The notes beneath the pieces were generated by a model, which worked only from the letters and a program-made list of their open reading frames with translations, had not been told where the DNA came from and did no database searches. Below, one piece after another: positions 8,805 through 13,271 of a stretch of 13,271 bases of DNA (the stretch's first letter is position 1; every line of letters begins with the position of its first letter). The translations under genes were made by a program, and so were the position numbers. The DNA is taken from assembly GCA_016184305.1 (NCBI GenBank), contig JACPCX010000154.1:1-13271 (forward strand), read 5' to 3'. The stretch is from Candidatus Rokuibacteriota bacterium. GTDB lineage: Bacteria; Methylomirabilota; Methylomirabilia; Rokubacteriales; CSP1-6.

Positions 8805-10604
8805 CGGGGACCTCGGGGCTTCCACGATCCGGATGCCGAGCTCCCGGAGCTGCAGCGCATCCACCGGCGCCGGCGCGTCAGTGAGGGGGCATGTCCCCTT
8901 CTGCGTCTTGGGGAAGGCGATCACCTCCCGGATGGACTCCTGGCCCGTCAGGGTGGCCACGAGACGATCAAGGCCGAAGGCGATGCCCCCCATGGGTGGC
9001 GCACCGAACTCGAGGGCGTCCAGGAGAAATCCGAAGCGCGCTCGCGCCTGCTCCTTCGAGATGCCGATGAGCCCGAACAGCCGCTCCTGCACCGCCTGCT
9101 GGTGGATACGGATCGAGCCCCCGGCCGCCTCCTGGCCGTTGAGGACGAGGTCGTAGGCCTTCGCCCTCGCCCGCCCGGGGTCGGACTCCAGCAGGAGCAG
9201 ATCCTCGTCGCGCGGGGCCGTGAACGGATGGTGCACCGGATCCCAGCGCTTCTCGTCCTCGCTCCATTCCACCAGCGGGAAGTCGACGACCCAGGCGAAG
9301 ACGTCTCGGGATGCGGGAATCTGATGGAAGCGGCGGGCCAGGTCCACCCGGAAGCGTCCGAGCACCGACGCGGCCACCGCCGGCGCGTCGCCGACGAGGA
9401 GCAGCAGGTCACCCGGGGAGGCCTCCAGCAGCCCGAGCAGGCGCTCCTCCACGAGGTGGAGGAACTTCGCGACAGGCGACTGGAGCCCCTCCGGGGTCAC
9501 CTTGATCCACACGAGCCCCTTCGCCCCCAGCTGCCTGGCCTCGGTGGTCAGATCGTCCAGCTCCTTGCGGCTCATCCCGGCTGCTCCGGGCACCCGGAGC
9601 GCCTTCACCGCTCCGCCGCCCGCCACGACCTGGGCGAAGGCCTGGAATTCCCCGCCGGCGAAGAGCACGGACACATCGGAGAGTTCCATGGCGAAGCGCA
9701 GGTCCGGCTTGTCGGAGCCGTAACGCGCCAGCGCCTCGTCGTAGGCAATGCGGGGAAAGGGCAGCGCGAGCTCGACGCCCTTCACCTGGCGCCAGACCTC
9801 CGCCACCATCCCCTCGATGATGGGCAGGAAGTCATCGCGGTCCAGGAAGGACGTCTCGATATCGATCTGGGTGAACTCGGGCTGCCGGTCCCGTCTCAGA
9901 TCCTCGTCGCGGAAGCAGCGGACGATCTGGAAGTAGCGCTCGAACCCGGCCACCATCAGGAGCTGCTTGAAGAGCTGGGGAGACTGCGGGAGCGCGTAGA
10001 AGCTCCCCGCCTGGAGACGGCTCGGCACCAGGAAGTCCCGTGCGCCCTCGGGGGTGGACCGGGTGAGAAAAGGCGTTTCCACCTCGAGGAACCCCTGGGC
10101 ATGCAGATAGCCGCGAACGGCCCGGCAGACCTGATCGCGGATCTGGAACGCGCGGAGCACCGACGGCCGGCGCATGTCCAGGTAGCGGTACTTGAGCCGG
10201 AGCGTCTCGTCCACCTCGGCGTCGTCCTCGAGCTGGAACGGGAGCGGACGGCAATCGTTGAGGATCCTGAGCTCCGTCACCTGCACCTCGACGGCGCCGG
10301 TAGCGAGCTTCGGGTTCTCGGTCCCGGGCGGGCGCGCCCCGACCGTGCCGCGGACGGCGAGCACGAACTCCCCCCGCACGGACTCGGCCCTCCCGTGAGC
10401 ATCGCTGTCCTCCGCCGGGTTGACGACGCACTGGGTCAGCCCTTCGCGGTCGCGAAGATCCAGGAAGATCAGCCCCCCGTGGTCCCGCCGCCTGAAGGCC
10501 CAGCCCATGACGGTCACCGATTGCCCGATGTGCTCGGAGCGCAGATCCCCGCAGCTATGCGTTCGCTTCCAGCCGCCGAGGGCCTCCACGCGCGCCTCGG
10601 TCAT
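8802..10604 (-). CDS. aspS: Aspartate--tRNA ligase (probably non-discriminating Asp/Asn type)
   Basis: RTHSCG, RRDHGGLIFLDLRD, RLKYRYLDMRR, PEGARDFLVPSR, ALPQSPQLFKQ, CFRDEDLR..RQPEFTQ, GAD insert, HHPFT, GGIAFGLDR. Confidence 0.97.
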   Translation of the reverse strand: MTEARVEALGGWKRTHSCGDLRSEHIGQSVTVMGWAFRRRDHGGLIFLDLRDREGLTQCVVNPAEDSDAHGRAESVRGEFVLAVRGTVGARPPGTENPKLATGAVEVQVTELRILNDCRPLPFQLEDDAEVDETLRLKYRYLDMRRPSVLRAFQIRDQVCRAVRGYLHAQGFLEVETPFLTRSTPEGARDFLVPSRLQAGSFYALPQSPQLFKQLLMVAGFERYFQIVRCFRDEDLRRDRQPEFTQIDIETSFLDRDDFLPIIEGMVAEVWRQVKGVELALPFPRIAYDEALARYGSDKPDLRFAMELSDVSVLFAGGEFQAFAQVVAGGGAVKALRVPGAAGMSRKELDDLTTEARQLGAKGLVWIKVTPEGLQSPVAKFLHLVEERLLGLLEASPGDLLLLVGDAPAVAASVLGRFRVDLARRFHQIPASRDVFAWVVDFPLVEWSEDEKRWDPVHHPFTAPRDEDLLLLESDPGRARAKAYDLVLNGQEAAGGSIRIHQQAVQERLFGLIGISKEQARARFGFLLDALEFGAPPMGGIAFGLDRLVATLTGQESIREVIAFPKTQKGTCPLTDAPAPVDALQLRELGIRIVEAPRSP

Positions 10605-11872
10605 GGCGCCGTCCCCCGCCGCCCGGCGAGCCCCACCAACTCGTCGGCGAGGCGCTCCAGCGGCACGGCGCGCTGCTCCCCCGACTTCATCTCACGGAGA
10701 AGAGCCTGCCCGCTGGCGAGCTCGTTGTCCCCGACGATCACGGCGACGCCCGCGCCCAGCCGGTTCGCTCGCTCGAGCTCGCGCGGGAGCTTGCGGGTGC
10801 CATAGCCGAGATCCACCCGGGCGCCCCGGCGGCGGGCATCGCGGGCAATGCCGAGGAGCCGGGAGAGCGCCGCGTTCCCGAGGGGGATCAGGACAACCAC
10901 GGGCACGGGGGTTGATTCCCCATCTCCCAGCAGCAGGACCACCCGCTCGAGGCCGATGGCGAAGCCGATGCCGGGGTCGGGCGGGCCGTCGAGCTGCTCG
11001 ATGAGCCCGTCGTAGCGTCCACCGCCCGCCACCGCATTCTGCGCGCCCAGCTCCGTGGTGAGCACCTCGAAGGTGGTGCGGACATAGTAATCCAGTCCCC
11101 GAACCAGCCTCGGGTTCACCGCGTACACGATCCCCATGGCATCCAGGCACGCCCGGACCCGCTCGAAGTGTTCCGCCGCCTCGGTGGTCAGCGAGTCGAG
11201 GATCGAGGGGGCCTTCTCGATGACGGGCTGGCAGCCGGGCGTCTTGCAGTCGAGCACGCGGAGCGGATTGCGCTCGAGGCGCCCGCGGCATTCCGCGCAG
11301 AGCTCTCCGCCGCGCGGCGAGAAGTAGTCGAGCAGCTTCGCCCGGTACGCCGGGCGCGTGGCGGCGTCTCCGATGGAGTTCACGTGGAGTTCCAGCCGCT
11401 CCGCCAGGCCGAGCGCGCCGAAGAAGTCCATGAGCATCGCGATGACCTCGGCGTCCACGGCCGGATGCGTCTCGCCCAGCGCCTCGACGTCGGCCTGATG
11501 GAACTGGCGGTAGCGCCCGGCCTGTGGACGCTCGTACCGGAACATGGGGCCCATGGTGTACAGCCGCACCGGCTTGGGCTCCACCTGAAACCCATGCTCG
11601 ATGTAGGCCCGCAAGAGCGAGGCCGTGGCCTCCGGCCTGAGGGTCACCGACTCGCCACTCCGATCCTCGAACGTGTACATCTCCTTCTGGACGATGTCGG
11701 TCGCAGATCCGATCCCCCGCGCAAACAGCTCGGTGCGCTCGAAGAGCGGCAGCCGGATCTCCCGGTACCCGTAGGCCTCGAAGACGCGCCGCGCGGCAGC
11801 CTCCACGCGCTGCCACCGCGGAGCCTCGCCGGGGAGGATGTCGCGCACACCGCGCACGGCCTTGATGGGCAT
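10601..11872 (-). CDS. hisS: Histidine--tRNA ligase
   Basis: RGVRDILP, KEMYTF, LRPEATAS, FRYERPQAGRYRQFHQ, LVRGLDYY, GGGRYDGL, GFAIGLER. The start is placed at MPIKAVRG (11872); the 39-aa upstream extension in the ORF track is low-complexity spacer. Confidence 0.97.
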   Translation of the reverse strand: MPIKAVRGVRDILPGEAPRWQRVEAAARRVFEAYGYREIRLPLFERTELFARGIGSATDIVQKEMYTFEDRSGESVTLRPEATASLLRAYIEHGFQVEPKPVRLYTMGPMFRYERPQAGRYRQFHQADVEALGETHPAVDAEVIAMLMDFFGALGLAERLELHVNSIGDAATRPAYRAKLLDYFSPRGGELCAECRGRLERNPLRVLDCKTPGCQPVIEKAPSILDSLTTEAAEHFERVRACLDAMGIVYAVNPRLVRGLDYYVRTTFEVLTTELGAQNAVAGGGRYDGLIEQLDGPPDPGIGFAIGLERVVLLLGDGESTPVPVVVLIPLGNAALSRLLGIARDARRRGARVDLGYGTRKLPRELERANRLGAGVAVIVGDNELASGQALLREMKSGEQRAVPLERLADELVGLAGRRGTAP

Positions 11873-11887
11873 GGTTACTTCGCCCTG
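11775..11887 (-). repeat. Direct-repeat copy A: functional hisS 5' end plus short upstream context
   Basis: Aligns to 12702-12802, with 68/81 identical nt over the 27 aligned codons by manual count. Confidence 0.9.
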
Positions 11888-11924
11888 GGGGGGGGCGAGC
11901 GCCGCTCCTCCCCCAGCCCCCCCC
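11885..11924. repeat. G/C-rich REP-like hairpin
   Basis: CTGGGGG (11885-11891) pairs with CCCCCAG (11910-11916), with an inner GAGC/GCTC stem and a flanking C8 tract (11917-11924). Only one copy is present in the window. Confidence 0.5.
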
Positions 11925-11957
11925 ACCGGCCCGCGCGCCCGGCTGGATTGGACATGT

Positions 11958-12020
11958 TCAGAGCGGGATCTCCCTGCCGCGGTCCACATCGCCCTCCACG
12001 GCCTCGTAGCAGCGCTTCAC
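11958..12020 (-). pseudogene. Putative 3' remnant of an unidentified gene (VKRCYEAVEGDVDRGREIPL*)
   Basis: 19 of 20 codons end in G/C, the composition is protein-like and it ends in TGA. An in-frame TAG lies four codons upstream. Confidence 0.45.
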
Positions 12021-12048
12021 CCATGTCAGCTATCTCGTCCTGACATGG
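12021..12048. other. Perfect 9-bp inverted repeat CCATGTCAG-N10-CTGACATGG
   Basis: Read directly from the sequence; 4 nt downstream of the zinc-finger gene stop; no U-tract on either side. Confidence 0.8.
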
Positions 12049-12052
12049 CGGG

Positions 12053-12301
12053 TTAAGCGGCGTCACCGATATAGGATAGCACCGGGATCAGCGCCGTCCG
12101 GGTGGCCTTGCGCGTTTGCAGGAGCCTGTCGATGGCCTTGGCAACGTCCGGCTTCAGAAACCGCTCGCCGCACTGGTTGCAGACGCCCATAGGCACCTGT
12201 TCGACCAGGAACAGTTCGCCCTGCCAGCGCACTTCCCGAGTCGCCGTGCACTCTTGCACCTGCCCTCCGCAGTAGATGCAATCTGCGAACCGGATCTCCA
12301 T
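12053..12301 (-). CDS. YgiT-type zinc-finger protein (MqsA N-terminal-like, no HTH), putative antitoxin, 82 aa
   Basis: MEIRFADCIYCGG...LVEQVPMGVCNQCGERFLKPDVAKAID contains two CxxC motifs. A GAGGAG SD overlapping the DUF4258 stop supports the ATG at 12301 rather than 12412. Confidence 0.85.
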   Translation of the reverse strand: MEIRFADCIYCGGQVQECTATREVRWQGELFLVEQVPMGVCNQCGERFLKPDVAKAIDRLLQTRKATRTALIPVLSYIGDAA

Positions 12302-12314
12302 GAGTGTAATCTCC

Positions 12315-12626
12315 TCAGCGATTGCGTGTTCGAGCGTTTCGCCATTTCGGCATCGCTGGCACATAGACCGTGATCCAGACCAGGTGCCCGAGGCTGTTTC
12401 GCCCGCACACAACGTGGACGGGACGGCCCTCCGGCGTGAACCCCAGAGCGAGGCAGCTGTGCCCCCGCGGATCCTCGGGATAGTCCTCCAGGACCTCGCA
12501 CCCCGTAAGCGCGGCCTCTACTTCGGCTACCGTAACTTGTTCCGCGAGGCGCTCGTCGTCCGCGTGCAGCGAAATCTCATAGGCTTGTGCTGCAATCTCA
12601 TCACGGATGAACGATCGCCAGTCCAT
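12315..12626 (-). CDS. DUF4258-family protein, putative RelE/BrnT-like toxin, 103 aa
   Basis: SLHADDER...EVLEDYPEDPRGHSCLALG...RPVHVVCG...WITVYVP...W...RTR is the characteristic DUF4258 pattern, and the gene lies directly upstream of a YgiT zinc-finger gene. Confidence 0.85.
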   Translation of the reverse strand: MDWRSFIRDEIAAQAYEISLHADDERLAEQVTVAEVEAALTGCEVLEDYPEDPRGHSCLALGFTPEGRPVHVVCGRNSLGHLVWITVYVPAMPKWRNARTRNR

Positions 12627-12704
12627 CGCCCGCTTGAGTCTCGACGCCGCGTCACGACGGGCCGTTTGCGGATCACCACCACACTGTCGAGCCCGCGGCC
12701 TGCC

Positions 12705-12788
12705 TCAGACGCTCCTCGCCGCGGCCTCCACGCGCTGCCGGCGGGGGGACTCGGCCCGGAGGATGTCGCGCACCGCCTTGATGGGCAT
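12705..12788 (-). pseudogene. Truncated, decayed duplicate of the hisS 5' end (direct-repeat copy B)
   Basis: MPIKAVR---DILRAESPRRQRVEAAARSV* versus HisS MPIKAVRGVRDILPGEAPRWQRVEAAARRVF. It has a 9-bp deletion, and a 2-bp deletion that creates TGA. Confidence 0.92.
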
Positions 12789-12790
12789 GG

Positions 12791-13270
12791 CTAGGCGCCC
12801 TGCGCGGCCTTGTACTCGGCGGCCAGCGCGACGTAGTTCCTCGCCGAGCGATGGATCAGGTCCAGGTCCGCTTCCGTGACCTGGCGCTTCACGCGCGCAG
12901 GGGCCCCCATGAGGACACTCCCTCGCGGCGCTTTCGTCCCCGGAGACACCACGGCGCCCGCCGCCACGAGACACTCCTCCTCGAACACCGCGCCGTCCAG
13001 GACCACCGCGCCGATCCCGATGAGGCAGTGGGACTTGACGTGACAGCCGTGCAGGCGAGCGCCGTGCCCCACCGTCACGTATTCCTCGACGATGGTGGGG
13101 GGGCCGCGGCGGTTGACGTGGATCACCGCGCCGTCCTGGATATTGCTCCCGCGCCCGATCCGGATGACGTTTACGTCGCCGCGGATCACGGAGGTGAACC
13201 AGACCCCGACCTCCTCCGCCAGCTCGACGTCGCCGATGACCTGCGCCGAGGCCTCGACGAAGGCCGTCGG
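12791..13270 (-). CDS. Gamma carbonic anhydrase family protein (YrdA/CaiE-like), 5' end outside the window
   Basis: The frame is open to the window edge (PTAFVEASAQVIGDV...VWFTSVIRGDVN). It has hexapeptide repeats, SNIQDG, His ligands in VIHV and VGHGARLHG, and GAPARVKR. Confidence 0.93.
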   Translation of the reverse strand, partial: PTAFVEASAQVIGDVELAEEVGVWFTSVIRGDVNVIRIGRGSNIQDGAVIHVNRRGPPTIVEEYVTVGHGARLHGCHVKSHCLIGIGAVVLDGAVFEEECLVAAGAVVSPGTKAPRGSVLMGAPARVKRQVTEADLDLIHRSARNYVALAAEYKAAQGA

Positions 13271-13271
13271 G

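Noticed and set aside
7659..10805. 1048-aa plus-strand ORF antisense to phoH/aspS
   Set aside because: It is in exact codon register with phoH and aspS, which share a frame. High-GC codon usage avoids TTA/CTA/TCA, so long antisense shadows are expected, and it has no recognisable motifs.
11873..11989. 39-aa N-terminal extension of HisS in the ORF track
   Set aside because: It is a low-complexity Gly/Ala/Pro translation of the hairpin spacer. HisRS homology and the duplicated relic both begin at MPIKAVR (11872).
12302..12412. Extended 119-aa version of the zinc-finger ORF
   Set aside because: It overlaps DUF4258 by about 100 nt, while the ATG at 12301 has a clear GAGGAG SD and gives the typical family length.
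12627..12707. The hisS relic is in frame with DUF4258, separated by one TGA (readthrough or selenocysteine fusion?)
   Set aside because: A frame match has a 1-in-3 chance, 26 stop-free codons are unremarkable at this GC content, the TGA is explained by a 2-bp deletion, and no convincing SECIS-like hairpin follows.

Overview
GC-rich (~70%) bacterial core-genome window. From left to right: the 5' ~390 nt of a 16S rRNA gene (minus strand, truncated by the window edge) with its leader, boxA and a canonical sigma70 promoter; tyrS (minus); a divergent class A penicillin-binding protein (plus); and a tightly packed minus-strand operon transcribed as gamma-carbonic-anhydrase-like gene (truncated) > hisS > aspS > phoH > ybeY > era > recO > glyQS. 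The only accessory segment is a ~0.9 kb islet between the gamma-CA gene and hisS. It holds a DUF4258 / YgiT-type zinc-finger pair (putative type II toxin-antitoxin) and is bracketed by two diverged copies of the hisS 5' end: a decayed 27-codon copy still coupled to the gamma-CA stop codon, and the functional start 916 bp downstream. The spacer between the TA pair and hisS contains a perfect palindrome, an apparent 3' remnant of another gene, a G/C-rich REP-like hairpin and a chain of stop/start-coupled mini-ORFs leading into hisS. The overall style recalls Methylomirabilota/Rokubacteria, but that is an unverified impression. All family calls come from motif recognition, not database searches.
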